Source: Octopus vulgaris | Taxonomy: Eukaryota | DNA: 64,000 nucleotides | Assembly: GCA_951406725.2 (NCBI GenBank) | Contig: OX597818.1 | Location: 70,308,001 to 70,372,000 of the forward strand | Reading direction: 5' to 3' | In this document: positions 25,246 through 39,673 of the stretch, one piece after another | Position numbering within the stretch: the first letter of the stretch is position 1 | How the letters are laid out: each line of letters begins with the position of its first letter | The notes under the pieces: generated by a model | Told to the model about the DNA's origin: nothing | Database searches by the model: none | What the model saw: the letters and a program-made list of their open reading frames with translations, nothing else | Position numbers and translations under genes: made by a program

Positions 25246-26607
25246 ATATGAGTGTGTACAAATGGTTAGAACTAACATGGAGCAGGATACCATCCGAAAC
25301 TGGTACCATAGAAATGTCCGAGATCAATTATTAGTTCTATATGAAGAATCATTCAACTCTCAGTTATTTCTGTATTAAAACTTTATTTTACAGTTCAATG
25401 GAAAATGAAGAATTATTTATCTTTTAATGATTGGAAACACTAAGAAATTCATGATTAATTACCTTTACATTCTGACATTCCTGTTATGTAGCATCTTCAA
25501 GTAGACATTATCTCTTAGATATTTCAAAAGGAATCAAGAGATGTTTTCTTAATGCCAACCTACCTTTTACTCAATGTTTTTACTGAGAAAATTGCTAGTA
25601 TTTACTTTATGTTTCAAAATAAATTAAAAATTATATAACATCTATATGTGTATGCATTTATATATGCAGGTATACATATTTGTATGTAAATATACATCTA
25701 CATGTGTGTGCATGTATGCATATATATATATATATATACATACACACACACATACTTACACACACATATACACACGCATAAACATATTTATATTTTAAAA
25801 ATCTGTATATGTATGTATATTTAAATATCTATATATCTATATATACACATATTGGTTTCAAATCTTGGCACAAGGCCAGCACTTTCAGAGTAGGGGTTAA
25901 GCCACTCACATTGATCCCAGTACTCAACTGGTACTTATTTCAGCGTTCTTGAAAGTACGAAAGGCAAAGCCAACCTTGGTGGAATTTGAGCTCAGAACGT
26001 AAAGACAGATGGCATGCTAACAATCCTGCCAGCTCACCACCTTAATATATACACATATCAACATGCATATACAGGATGCAGTGAATAAATTTTTGTCTAA
26101 ATTACACAAAAATGAAAATAACACTGACATTTCATTTTAATAGATATACAGGGTGAGTAAGGTATTTGAGGACATAGGTTTTTGGGGTCATTGCTGCATA
26201 TTTTGCTAGCTCTGTATAATCTTTGATTACAAGCAAAAAGAAGGAGGTGTCAGAAATGCTCGTTTTTCTTACCTTGACATTCCATTTTAATGATCTGAAA
26301 ATAAACAAAAATTAACTAAAATTAACTAGAAAAAAACAAACAAAATAGATTCCAAAATGATTCCAAAATTTTAAAAAACAGTGGGAACTTAGTTGCCAAC
26401 CCAATATATATATATATATATATATATAGGGTTGTTGCAGTTTGTTCCTTCTCGAGTCATGCCTGACTCATAAGGGCTGGTTTCGCAGTTTCATTGGCAT
26501 GTGGGTTCCCCACCTGGACATGATGCTGATCCATCGCAGGTGAGTTGCTTGATGCAGGAGGAAAGAGAGAGAGAAAGTTGTGGGGAAAGAGTTAGCAGAA
26601 CTTTGCC

Positions 26608-26653
<46 letters not shown>

Positions 26654-26963
26654 TGATGACTGGTGCTGGTGCCACATAAAAAGCACCCAGAACATTCTGT
26701 AACGTGGTTGGCATTACGAAGGCATCCACCTGTAGAAACCATGTCAAAACAGACAACTAGAATCTGATGTGACTCCTGGCCTAACCAGCCCCTGTAAAAC
26801 CGTCCAACCCATGCCAGAAATGGGGGCATTAAATGATGATGACGATGATTTGACAAATGCATATTTCCTCTGAATGTTGAAGCAGACACAGAGCTAGTCA
26901 TTAGTCTCCCATATAAGAGAGTGCCACGAAGCAATATCTCAGGTGCAGACACTCATATATACA

Positions 26964-27014
<51 letters not shown>

Positions 27015-27698
27015 GTGTGTGCATGCATATGCATACATATATGTGACATACGTATATATATAGACATGTGTTTATGTATGCTTCTGTATTTATCTGTATA
27101 TGTATGCATAGCACCCTCGTATATTTATGTGTGTGTGTGTACATATATGTATATATACCCACACACATATACATATGTGTGTGTGTGTGTGTGCGTGTGT
27201 GTGTGCGTGTGTGTGCTTCAATGTACATGCATATATGTGTAAATTTATGCATATATGTTTTTACTGTAAGGCTAACACATATTTTGTATATATATATATA
27301 TATAGATAGATTGATATGTAGATATAGATATATACATATAATACACACACACATATAAATGGGAAGTGGTAGTGGGTGTTAAAGGCATGTTGAGAAGAAT
27401 GTAATGTTTAAATCTGATATTACTGAAGTACATTTGAAATCAATTCCCATTCACTATCGGAATCTCAAGGTGGTTTTTTTTTTTTTGCAAGAGTGATTTT
27501 TAGCCTATTTAGTTAGTTTTCTTCTTATTTTATACTTTATTTTATTTTATTTTTTTTTAATTCTAGATTTTTAGATTTAGTTTTTCTTTTTATTATTCTC
27601 TGAATTCTTCAGTTAAATATTGAAGAAGAAGACATTTGAGTCCTGTGAGAGATTAATAGGGAATATTCTTAGAACCAGAGGAGCTAGTTTTACATTTC

Positions 27699-27777
27699 AC
27701 ATACATACATACATACATACATACATACATACATACATACATACATACATACATACATACATACATACATACATACA

Positions 27778-27811
<34 letters not shown>

Positions 27812-27861
27812 CATACATACACACATACATACATACATGCATACATACATACATACATACA

Positions 27862-27897
<36 letters not shown>

Positions 27898-27904
27898 TAT
27901 ATAC
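27699..27904. repeat. (ACAT)n microsatellite
   Basis: Direct observation. Confidence 0.97.
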
Positions 27905-28027
27905 AGGTTTCTATGTGTGCAGGCATATGTATGTGTAGCATACATACATACATATATGGACAAATGTGAGTGTACCTGTCTATATGTATCTGCATTTATG
28001 TACATATGTATTTCAACATTATCATCA

Positions 28028-28310
28028 TAGAGCAATTAAAGGTATGATAAACCCCAAGACCATCAGGAATTACTGCTGAGATGTTTGAAAAATCTGGGAG
28101 TGTAGGATGTGACCTAGTTACCTATACTTACCAGATGTTGCAGCATTATAGTCAGGTGTTAGAAAGGTAAAAGAGGTACCTTAGAGAGGGGTTATATCAA
28201 ATTATTGGACCAGATTCTGAAAGTTACAGAAAGTGTTATTGCTCAGTTAGTTCATAAAACTGTTGGACCAGATGCAGTGAAATATGGTTTTATGCAATGG
28301 AAAAGTACTT
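28028..28310 (+). mobile_element. RTE RT N-terminal remnant
   Basis: PSGITAEMF...KGK...IKLLDQILKVTESVIAQLV...YGFM, homologous to the 41950-42180 region. Confidence 0.75.
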
Positions 28311-29149
28311 GCTATCTTTCTAAACTGCTTGGAACCATTTCATTTCACCTCATTCTTAACATTGTCCCTTTTGACTCTCTTTTTATGTTGTTTGCCTCAC
28401 ATGCATCGTTCTACCGAATTATTTCTTCTTCTCCACTGAACCATATCCTGTTCATTCACCCCTATCACCTTACGTCTCTCACTCCCTCCCTGGTCTGTCT
28501 CCCCAAATCACTTCCCCTGTCTCACAAGGTTAACTTGTTCTCTCCTCAACCCCAGATTTTCAGCTCAGTCCTACTGCATTGCACCTTGAGCAAGTCCTTT
28601 CCACTATAGCCACTGGCTGGTGAAACCTTATGAGTAGATTAGGTTGATGGAAACTGAAAGAAGCCCATCATCTGTGTGTGGTCAGGTGTATAAATGTGTA
28701 GGTGTTTGTGTCCACTTGTCTTGACATCACATGATTGTAGGGAAATACATGACCATCACACAACGGATATCCTTTGCTTCTAATCTTCTGTGAAAATATC
28801 TCAAGCTATGTGGAATTATAAGCTTGCTTGGAAACAGGTGAAAGTCGGCTACAGGAAAGGCATCCTGCTGTAGAAAAATCTGCCTCAATGATTTCTACCT
28901 GATCCATGCAAGTATAGGAAAGTGAACCATAAAATAATGATGACGATGATGATAATGAGGATGATCATCATCATTGTCATCATAATCATGATCATAATCA
29001 TGATGCTTCAATCATCATTTATTTTACAATCAATTAACATTCGACATTAATTTATTTTGAAAGTATAAACAAAGTATATTGAATGTACTTTGATTGTACT
29101 CTCGCTACAATAGCAAGTAGAGTTCCACCAACCTTAGTATTGTTTTGTT

Positions 29150-29690
29150 GTGGTTTTCTGTTTCCCTCTCAAACGAAAGCTACTAAACATACCATTTGTA
29201 CTGGAACAAGTGGTGTCGTCTGCTGTGTACATTTGCAAGTGCTAAGCTTCTGGTTACATATCCACCTGTGCTTATTTTAATATTCCCAAGTAACCACTAT
29301 TATTATTAACAGAATCCTTTCTGTTTCCAGTGCCCCATATGCTGTGTCTTTCCAGATATTTGGAAGATTCATTATCTTCTTTCTCAGCTGAGGATCCAAT
29401 TTGGTGGCGCTTCACAGTTGTTCGCAACAACAAGATCTAACGAATGATTAGTCTTGACCCACCCTGTCTTCTATCAAGTGGTATACCGCAGAATATAGTG
29501 ACTCTGTCTTTCTTGGAGACCTTGGCTGGTATATACCTGGGTACACCATCCTGTATCTCTTGGTATGTCATAATACTGGCATAGCTTTCAGTGTATGGAA
29601 GCTTCTAACGCTTTCATATACACAGATCTATTCTTTCTTGGCTGTGATTGGCCAGCAAGATACAATGTGCTTAATTGTTTCTTCAACATC
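29150..29690 (-). mobile_element. Highly decayed R4/Dong-like fragment of another family, apparently interrupted at ~29375-29540
   Basis: Minus strand EETIKHIVSCWPITAKKE*...KLCQYYDIP resembles the ETIxHIVSGCPxLAxxEY...HWKLCQxY region; a later degraded LETERILLII segment resembles the RLE C-terminus. Confidence 0.55.
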
Positions 29691-30724
29691 TTTATATATT
29701 CTACACTCAATGTATATTATTATCATTACCATCATCATCATTATCATCGTCGTTAGTAGTGGTGGAGGTAGTGGAGGTAGTGGTGGTGGTGGTGGTGGTG
29801 GTGGTGGTGGTGGTGTCTGTGCACATAAAGAGCATTAATGGAGGCCAGGAAACATTGTATTTGTACACAATGCCAACATGTCAACGTGGGTCAGTGAGTT
29901 GGCATCATAACTGAAAATGAGTGAAGAAAAGTTTGGGAAGATAAATCAAGAACCATGTCTGACAGAGAAATGAATTTGATTCTCGAAGGTATAGACAGAA
30001 AGGAAGCTTATTTGTCTGTTCTGGACCAGTAAATCTACAGCAGAGAATAAACTAACGGATGTACACTGTACACACCTTTTGACCTTCACATACAAACATC
30101 CCACCAACTCATATCTTCATATCTTTCACTTGGTAGATGAGAATACACATGCTTGGACATCGAAACAGAAAGCTGTATATGTGTGTGTGTGCACATATGC
30201 ATGCATGTATCTGTCTATCTATATAAATGTGTGTATGTGTGTGTGTGTAAGCACATGCATATGCATGTCTACACACTAACATATGCATATGATGATGTCT
30301 TCTCATACACACATAGATTCGAAAGCTAATTCACATTTACACACACACACATGCACATGTATATACACATACAATGTATTTAAATATAAATAGATAATTG
30401 TTTCCAAGCACACAGACACACCACTTAAGAATTAGACATTCTCTCTTCAGTTAAACTTAAAGTTCTGACAACAATTTTTTTTTTAAGAAATGTGTACAAG
30501 AAAATATGTTACACTTTGCTGTTCATTTACTAATAAGCAGAGCCAATTAAGAAATAATTGAAAGTTGTGAGGGTGTTAGAAAGATGATTGGTAGATGATA
30601 AGAAGCCTGATTATGTGTTGAGCCTGGTAAGATGAATCACAGGTGAGGTTTGTGCTAAAGAATGAAGGTATTAAAGGGTTCGTTAGGTACCCTTTACTGG
30701 TGAATTTATTCGATTAATATTGCT

Positions 30725-31157
30725 GGCCATGGGGTAGAAGCTTGCTACCCAACCACATGGTTCTGGGTTCAGTCCCACTGCATGGCACCTTCAGCAAGTG
30801 TCTTCTGCTAAAGCCTCAGATTGACCAAAGCCTTGTGAGTGGATTTGGGAGATGGAAACTGAAAGAAGCCCATTGTGTGTGTGTGTGTGTGTGTGTGCAT
30901 GCGTGCGTGGGTGTATGTGTATGCACATGTGAGTGTGTGTGTCTGTGTTTGTGCCACCCTCCACCACTTGACAACTGATGTTGGTTTGTTTGCATCCCTG
31001 TAACTTAGCGGCTCAGCAAAAGAGAAGGACTGGATAAGAACCAGGCTTAGAAAAAATAAAAAGTCCTGGGGTTGATTCATTCAACTAAAAATTCCTCAAG
31101 GTGGTGCCCTAGCATGGCCACAGTTTAAGGACTGAAGTAAATAAAAGATAAAAGATA
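30725..31157 (+). mobile_element. Same CORE-like SINE family
   Basis: Colinear with 7555-7938. Confidence 0.85.
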
Positions 31158-31635
31158 AATGAATTCCCAAGAAGTTATCAATATATTCAGTGCTTCAAAT
31201 ATTCCTTGATTTGGCATAATTTGGTGCCATTTAAGCATCTATGACTAGAATGCTTAAACCTAAATAGCACAGAAGCAACACCTCTTCTTACAAGTAGGAG
31301 GCACATTGTTCAGCAGATGTGCGCTTTATTGGCACCCATTTCTTAAATCTTTTAGTGAGGAGGGAAGGCAGTGCTTCTGACCATTTCCAGGATTTTTGAA
31401 ACTAGTGAGAGGGAAGGTGAAAAGGGTTCTCAAACTTGAGACCTGGTTCATATACTTGCAACAGAATTGACTCAGCTAGAATATCTCAGGGTTGCCTGGT
31501 GATGGTATTATACTGGACACCAGTTGGGTCTACCACTCAAATACATGGATACACACACAAACATACATAAATACTCTTTCTCTCTCACATAGGCATACAC
31601 AGTCACATAGACACACACATATATTCTTCTTTCTC

Positions 31636-32070
31636 TAGGTGCTATGTCCAGAATGTAGGACATAGGCTATCATGTCCTGCCACAATTCTCTGTTCTTTGT
31701 TTTCTCTAACAGTTCCACTTCCTGATGTTTAATGCCTCTTTTCTTCCAACCAATTCCTCAGGCTTCAAATCCACATCATCCTTCTCTGTTCTTCATTATT
31801 TCCTCTGCTTCTTTTTCCTTCAATCTTTCCAATCGTCTCTAAATTCTCTGGGCCCTCTTTCCTTATCACATGACAAAGAAATCTCTGTTGTTTGGCCCAT
31901 ATCTCATGAAGCAGTTTCCTATTTACTGCAACTCAGGTCATTATTTCTTCATCAGACACTTTGTCCATGCTATCCTCAATATTCTCCTTCAGAACCACAT
32001 TTCACAGCTCTCCAAACACCTCCTCATTTCTGTTGTTATAGACCATACCTCACTTCCATACATTAGCACA
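31636..32070 (-). mobile_element. RTE (BovB-like) 3' fragment
   Basis: Reverse complement aligns by eye with 48860-49280, including the TTCTGGACATRGCACCTAGAG end. Confidence 0.8.
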
Positions 32071-33479
32071 TACACTCAACAGAATGTCAATTAAATGTTT
32101 TATGAATTTCTTCATTAATTCAGTGACTACAGAAATCATGGCCCACCACGGTCCCACACCACCTACACTTCATGCATTAGTTTCACCAAGGTGAGCAAGT
32201 TACAAAGTAGGTGTTGATATAACAAGGGCTGAACTAAAAGCACCCCAGGTCATTTATTATGTATAGTTCTCGGGTGTATTTGAACCCTGGTGCAATCAGT
32301 TACAAAGTTTATCTTTTCAAGAAGAACTAAAATAAGGATTTATTTTACTGTGTGTGTTATAAGGTTCATCAGTGTTTATTTTGCAATACCATTTACAGGT
32401 AACCAGCACTAAAGAGCTTATAACTTGCCCATTAGATATCCTTTCTGAGTTATGGAATTTGGCTGTTATTTCTAGCAAGTAGATGAACTAAATAAAGGTT
32501 CATCTTTGACTTATGTTATATAGTGGTAATGGGTAAGTAATTCACTTTACAGTCATGAGTTTTCAGGTTCAACCCCACAGCATGTATCTTGGATGTCTTC
32601 TACCATGGTCAGGTGCCAAGCCAAGCCTTGTAAATGGAATTGGGTAGAATAAGAATTTGTGGTAGTCTATTGCATGGATTGTACCGGTAATTCAAAAGGT
32701 TGACCACACCACACACTGTGTCTGTGAAATACTCAACCACTTACAGTAGTTCATTTTGATCAAACATCTGGAAAATTCCTCATTGAAACAGAGATCCATT
32801 TTCTTTTTATTGTCTTGTAGAAGAGAATTATCATTATTATCATTAGTCGCAGGATTAGTAATTAGCAGTAGTAATAACAGTGGAGTATATGATTGCTATT
32901 GATTTATTTTGAATTAAGATTTCGTAACATATTGATTTTTGCCCGAGCGGAAAGACCAATTGTTATTTGATAGGTGATGTACTTAATTAAATTAACCTCA
33001 GCATATTAATGGTATTTATTGAGCCAAGAAGCTTGACATAAGAGAAATAGCAACAAAATCTCCCTCAAATCACACACTACCATGATTAAAGAAAGAACAA
33101 ACATTGATTAAATGATAAACTGGATTGTCATGGCTGGAATAGTTTCAGTGATAGGTCTGTTCACTCCTGGCTGATCAGAAGCTAAGCAACAAGTGTAATT
33201 TTATAGTCATTTTGATCTACTCTTTATGATTGCTCTTCTTTCACACTATACAGCTTCTCGTAGTTACAATACCTCTGTAACAACATAACAGATAAACGAC
33301 AACACACATTTTTCTTCTCAGCAGATTCCAGCAGATTTGGATGTGTTTATGCTAATTGCTGTTGTATTGGAGACAAATGGGAATTGGTAACACATTGATT
33401 CATTGACATAGAGACTTTGAGACACCAGTGCCAGGACCAAAACTCTTGTTAGATTCATTGATCTTGGGGTAACTCTGAC

Positions 33480-33536
33480 TGAAGAGACACACAACAAGGT
33501 CGAAACAGATGTTTGACTTTGTTGTGTGTCTCTTCA
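33480..33536. repeat. Near-perfect ~27-bp hairpin
   Basis: TGAAGAGACACACAACAAGGTCGAAACA GA TGTTTGACTTTGTTGTGTGTCTCTTCA. Confidence 0.9.
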
Positions 33537-34094
33537 CATTTCTGTACCAAAATCATCTTATTCCAACGAAATGAGCTTTTTATGAACATTCGTCTGAAAG
33601 AAGAAATTGTCCTCCAATGATGAAATACAACAATGATTAGCAAATTTACCTTTCAATCTGCCGAAGTGTGTTAACACTAAATATGAAAGTCCTTGTTTTG
33701 ACTCTCACCAAATGCTTGGGGATTGAATAATATAGAAAGGTGACAATAAGGAAAAAGGTTGATTCCATAGATTTACTTTCTGAGATTAGATCTTGAAGAC
33801 CTTCCTCTTTCCCCAAATTCGACTGAGGTTTGATTTTGTCTTCCATCCATCCACCTTAATTTCTTCATTTATTATAATTCTATTTCTATCCAAGATGTAT
33901 CAGAGGAGATCAGCTCCAGGAACTAAATGCTACTTTACTTTATCCACCCCAGAAAAAGTAGCAGGCAGAGTTAACCTGGACAGGATTTGAACTTGGAATG
34001 AAAAAACAAAACAAAAAAAAGAAAAAAGAAAATGGTATGGCACTTTATTTGATGTTCTGACAATTCTGCCAAACCCCCACCACAACCACCATCT

Positions 34095-34436
34095 CGCCAA
34101 GGTTGACTTTGCCTTTCATTCTTTCGGGGTCGATAAATTGAGCACCAGTTGCATACCAGGGTCTATCTACTCAGCTGGCCCCCTCCCCCAAAATTTCGGG
34201 CCTTGGGCTTAGAGTAGAAAGGAATATTTAAGGCAGTGATCCGGCAGAAACATTAGCACACCGGGTGAAATGCTTAGCAATATTTCGTCTGTCCTTATGT
34301 TCCAAGTTCAAATTCTGCCGAGGTTGACTTTGCCTTTTATACTTTCAGAGTCGATAAAGTACCAGTTGCATACTGGTGTCGATCAAATCGACTGACCAAA
34401 AAATTTGGACCTTGAGCTTAGAGTAGAAAAGAATAT
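34095..34436 (+). mobile_element. Two tandem copies (one partial, one full) of a third SINE family with a Meta/MESC-like central domain
   Basis: GTTCAAATTCTGCCGAGGTTGACTTTGCCTTTCAT...GGGGTCGATAAA...GTACCAG; other copies at ~25853-26044 (-), 43320-43455 (-) and 49330-49492 (+). Confidence 0.75.
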
Positions 34437-34442
34437 TAAGAA

Positions 34443-35056
34443 CTTATCCTGTTCATAATTTTTTGCCGAATCACTAAGTTACACTGACATAAACACGCCA
34501 CTACCACCACCACCACCTGTTCCTTCTCAAGCCATGCCTGGCTCATAAGGGCCAGTTTCCCAGTTTCCTTGGCATATAGGCTCCCCACCTGGATGGGAAG
34601 CTGGTCTATCACAGGTGAGCTGCAAGATGCAGGAGGAAAGAGTGAGAGAAAGTTGTGGCGAAAGAGTCAGCAGAAGTTTGCCATTACCTTCTACTGGATT
34701 CGTGTGAAGCTTAGGTGTTTCACTCATAAACACACACATCGCCTGGTCTGAGATTTGAACCCGTGATCCCTCTACTGCAAGTCCGCTGCTCTAACCACTA
34801 GGCTATTTACCTCCATACCACCACCACCACCTGACAACAGGTTGTCAAGTGGTGGTGGGGTAAAGCACAGACACTAACACGCACACACACACACACACAC
34901 ACATGTGGCAGGCTTCTTTCAGTTTCTGTCTGCCAAATCTATTCACAAGGTTTTGATCAGCCCAAGACTATAGTAAAAGGCACTTAGCCAAGGTGCCATG
35001 CAGTGGGACTGAACCCAGAAATATGTGGTTGGGAAGCAAACTTCATACCACACAGT
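34443..35056 (-). mobile_element. CORE-like SINE interrupted by a nested second SINE
   Basis: Head at ~34910-35056 and tail at ~34443-34500, separated by 34520-34815. Confidence 0.75.
34520..34815 (-). mobile_element. Second tRNA-derived SINE family, full length, with an 18-bp TSD (3' half also at ~26442-26610)
   Basis: Minus-strand A box TAGCCTAGTGG and B box GGTTCAAATC; TACCACCACCACCACCTG at 34502-34519 and 34816-34833. Confidence 0.85.
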
Positions 35057-36274
35057 TAATTATTCTGCTGTCTTGATTGAAATTAATACCAGTCATACAA
35101 CACGGTGTGACGTAATGGAAATATTAATCTGGACAGTGTTATTTATGTGCCATGGGATATCTCTGCAGTTGTAGTTCATACCTTGAAATAACTAGACATT
35201 GATCTATCACTGTGTGTTGTACTATCTCAAGATATTGATGTACTGAGAGATATTGATCGACGACTACATATATTTACATACCATGTGAGATATATATCTT
35301 TCTAAACTACTGAAATATCATGTAGATATTGATCTCCTCTGTTGGAGTAATATATCATGAAATGCTATTGATATACCACCTGACTGTGATAGTCCCTCGT
35401 CTCAGAAACTATCAAGGAATGAAAAAAGAAATTGCATAAAAGCAGCATATGAACACACACACACACACACACACACACATACCTCTGAGTGTGTGTGTGT
35501 ACATGTATGTATTTATGTATGTACATATGCACATGTGTGTGTGGATGTATGTATGCATGTGTGTGTGTGTGTGTATAAGTATGAGGGACCACTCCTGGAA
35601 CTTAAACCAGAGAATGCAATTTAAAAAATCCACACCGTATAATTGAAGTAGAGTACAAGCAGTAGACAACCTCTTTGCAGCAATCTCTCATAAACATGAA
35701 AGGCTTCTATCAAAATAGGATTTGTTATTTATATTCATTTCCCAATCTTAGGCTGACATTACGATCTTTGCATTCATGGGGAAAACACCACCAAGACATA
35801 CATGTATGCATGCATGCATACATACATGCATACATACATACATACATACATACATACATACATACATACATACATACATACATACATACATGAGAGTGTG
35901 TACAGTTTAATGAAAATGTGATGAGGTGAGTAGAATAATTTCACAGACCACAAATGAGTTGATAAAAAAAGCCTAATTAATCACTGGTAACGATACTGCA
36001 TCATTTTGTGTTGCAACCATAATACACCACCACTGAGTGAATGAAAGATTTATAAGGAAATGCTGTGTGTCCTACTTTTGTGTTAGCCGTGGGATTCAAT
36101 CATTTTGAAGTTTCCCTCCACAGACTTTTTTCATTGAATTTAGGGCCAGCCCTGAAAGTGTTGATATTTTGTATATGAATACATCTTTGTAAATAATGCA
36201 ATCAAAATATGCCTGTACAGCCATTAACTATTTTTTTATCTTTAGAAGTAAACTTTAAAAGAAAATGTAAATAT

Positions 36275-36565
36275 AAGAGGAATCAGAGATGTAATAGTGT
36301 ACAAGAGAGAAGGTTCAGCTGCTATGGACGTGTGAGGCATGTGTGTGTGTGTGCAAGGTGTCCATTATGTAAAAAAAGCATTTTCTACTTAGATGGGAAA
36401 AGGATGCCTGGGAAGACACAGGATGAAGTGATGGGGCTTGAACTCAAGAAGCTGAACTTTATGAACAAAATGACAAAGTCTCTGACAAGAGGTAACACAA
36501 ATGGTGTCTAGGAAGGACCTACCTATTACTACAAGCATAGCAAAGCAATTGTTAAAATGAAGGTG
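36275..36565 (+). mobile_element. Old RTE 3' remnant (similar remnants at ~9700-9930 and ~10285-10535)
   Basis: VQERRFSCYGRV...MPGKTQDEV...LKKLN aligns with VQERRLRWYGHV...RPRKTWDEV. Confidence 0.65.
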
Positions 36566-37327
36566 AGAATAGAAGTTGGTCTACATTCTGGATCAACATT
36601 GATTCTCTTGTTCATCTGTTGCCTTCATCCTTGTGAGAAATAGTTGTCAAATTTCCTTCAAATCACATTCACCATCTTAAAAAGATGGGAGGATAAATTG
36701 ATACTGTTGTAGGTTCTCCAAAAAGACAGGATGGTCATGCATAGATTAGTTTTTATCATATTTCTGCTTGATCAACATAAACAACAATCGTAACCAAAAA
36801 TATGAGAGAGTAAAATTGTATTGATTTCATTGACAAGAATTGAACCCAAGATCAGTTAGCATCTGGGTGAATCTATTACCTTTCATCCCAAATTTGAAGT
36901 TTGTCTCAAAGAACCTACAAATATATTTGTCTCTACAATACTAAAGTTTCACCTCTTTTACAGTTTATTTGGTGACTTAGGTCCACCGAACTAGCATTTC
37001 TCCCACTAACATAGTTATTACGTTATTGTATCTTATGCCATTAAATATTTATCCTGATTATTGAAGTTGTGCAAAGTAAGGAGGTCAGAGATAATCTGGT
37101 CTCTGCAATCTGTTATTGCATTACACTTTCAACTGCCTTTGCTTGTCGTTCACAAAAGGTCACATGTCAGCAGGTCACATGTCAACGTTCTTATATACTT
37201 ACAGTTGCCATAGCACTAGTGCTATTGCCTTTTATGACCAAAAGTGTGTTTATTTATGGCCGGACTCAAAATCCATTTTAGACTCTTATATATGAGGTTG
37301 AGGCAAAAGATTTTTGCATATTTCAAA

Positions 37328-37364
<37 letters not shown>

Positions 37365-39139
37365 CATATGTTATAGTTATAAATAGGGCAAATTTTAGAC
37401 ATTTCTCTGCAGACTGAAAACAAATGATGAACAGCTTTAATCGATTTTCATACCTTAATGGGTTCTCATCAGAGAGGTCCACATTATTCTTGCAGTCACT
37501 AGAGAAAAAGCAGCCAAACTGTTTATATACACAACAAATGCAGCAGTTACTCTATAGAGTCCCTAATTTCCATATTGAATGTGTTTAACACTCTATAAAT
37601 ACCAGCAGCATGTCAACTGGGATCTTAGTCCACATAGTATCAGGGTATCATATAATTCACAAAAAAAGAAATTATATACACTAATGTGGTGTTGTGCACC
37701 CATATTCATCATTCAACATTTATATATATCTTAATTTCTTTCTTCGTAATTTTACATCTATTTTTCAATGTCAGCATAGGTCAGACTATTGTTGCTAAGC
37801 AGTATTTTATGGACAGTCGTCCTTCCTGTCAGTAATCCATCCAGATATGCAGTGTACCTATTGTAAAACTGAGATAGAACCAGCATTATGTATTTTATGT
37901 TTATATGTTCTTATGTCTGTTTTTGCATGTTACCTTGGGTTAGATGAGCACATATTATTGGATTACAACTCGATGCCATACCTGTTGTTGACCCTTAGAT
38001 GTTTTGTGAGAAAAAGAGTTTTCATTCAACTCATTTTTGAAAGCATAGTGCTGCCGGCTGATACGATGACAGGGAAATGTCAATGAATTTTGCCATCCAC
38101 AGTTGATTGATTTTCATAGAGAGTTTAAACATTCTCACACGAAACACATTCACACACACACACACACACTTATACATGTAAGAAGAGATAGATAGATAAA
38201 TAGACAGATAGATAGATACATACATACATACGTCTGTACATTGACAGTGGGTTTTGTACTATTTGTGCCTATAAAATTCACTCTCAAGGAAATATTCCAC
38301 TGTGAGTTACAGCAGATGCCCAAGATGCCACTCACTGTGTGTGTGTGTGTGTGTTTATGTTTATTAATGTGCAAAGTAGCATCACATTACACCGAAAGGT
38401 GACTTAGCTATTCAATGAATAGAAATTGATAAAATAGATATCAGAATAAGGTACTGGTGTCAGTAGGATCAACTAAAGAAACACCCTTGTAAGCAGCACT
38501 CCAGCATGGTCGCTCTCCAGTTATTGAAGCTGGTAAAAGAATGGATTTATTATACAAAGCAAAGCATCTCACTCTCTATGGTCAGATCATTCTGTGATCA
38601 ACTCGGGTTGTGTTTGTCCTTTTTCCATTTTAGTTTCCTATTTGGAAATTGATAAATACCAATACACTGCAAGAAGTGATTGAATATTCATCAATACTAT
38701 TTCTCTAAACAAATAACAATCTTTGTGCCTTACCAAAAGCTATGTTTATCATTCAGTGAAATCTGAGCAAGATCTGCTTCAAACAGTTTGTCAAGAATGT
38801 AAAAATGTTAAATATTTTCATCTATGGAATGCATAATATATTAATTATTCAAAAGAAAGAAAAAAAAACTGAAAATCAATCAATTTTATTTGATGTAACA
38901 ACAACAACAACAACAAGTTATATGATTTTCTCTTCATTAGTTTTTGTTTTGTTATTATTTTTTCCTGTTTGCATTTTATCTGTTTCAACTAAAACTTCTT
39001 AATTCCTGCAGGTCTGTTTTGTTTAACAGACTGGGTGCTCCTGCCTGTCTTTAATTCTATTTCAATAATGCTGGCTTTAGGTGAAGCAAAATGGAAAATA
39101 ACAATGCAAATGATAACGATAGCGACAGGAATAATGAGA

Positions 39140-39166
39140 ACAACGATGATGATGATAATAATAAGG

Positions 39167-39224
<58 letters not shown>

Positions 39225-39624
39225 GGATAATAATAATTGTAGGAGTAAGAGAAAGAAGAGGGGAGAATGAGGAGCAATGTTAAGAGGAACACTGACGTAA
39301 TTTTTCTTTGCCATAAGGGGCATGCAGAACAGAAACAACAATGTTAATGTTTTTCTTTAGTGGTCACAAACAACAAGGAGATGATGATGATGATTGATTT
39401 CTTCAGTTGCCATAAGGCCATCAAACAACTCCAAAAGTAACAACAACAAAAAGAGCAACAACAATAACAATAATAGTTATAATGATAATGAATTCTTTAA
39501 TTGTCACAAGTGGACTTGAAAATGTCCTTAACAATAACAACAGCAGCAAAAAAAAAAAAATAGAAAGCCACCACTGCTACAACTAACATGACCACTAGCA
39601 ATGACAACAATGACAATAACAACA

Positions 39625-39673
<49 letters not shown>

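Noticed and set aside
24951-25334. 127-aa plus-strand ORF
   Set aside because: Antisense shadow of the R4/Dong-like RLE fragment.
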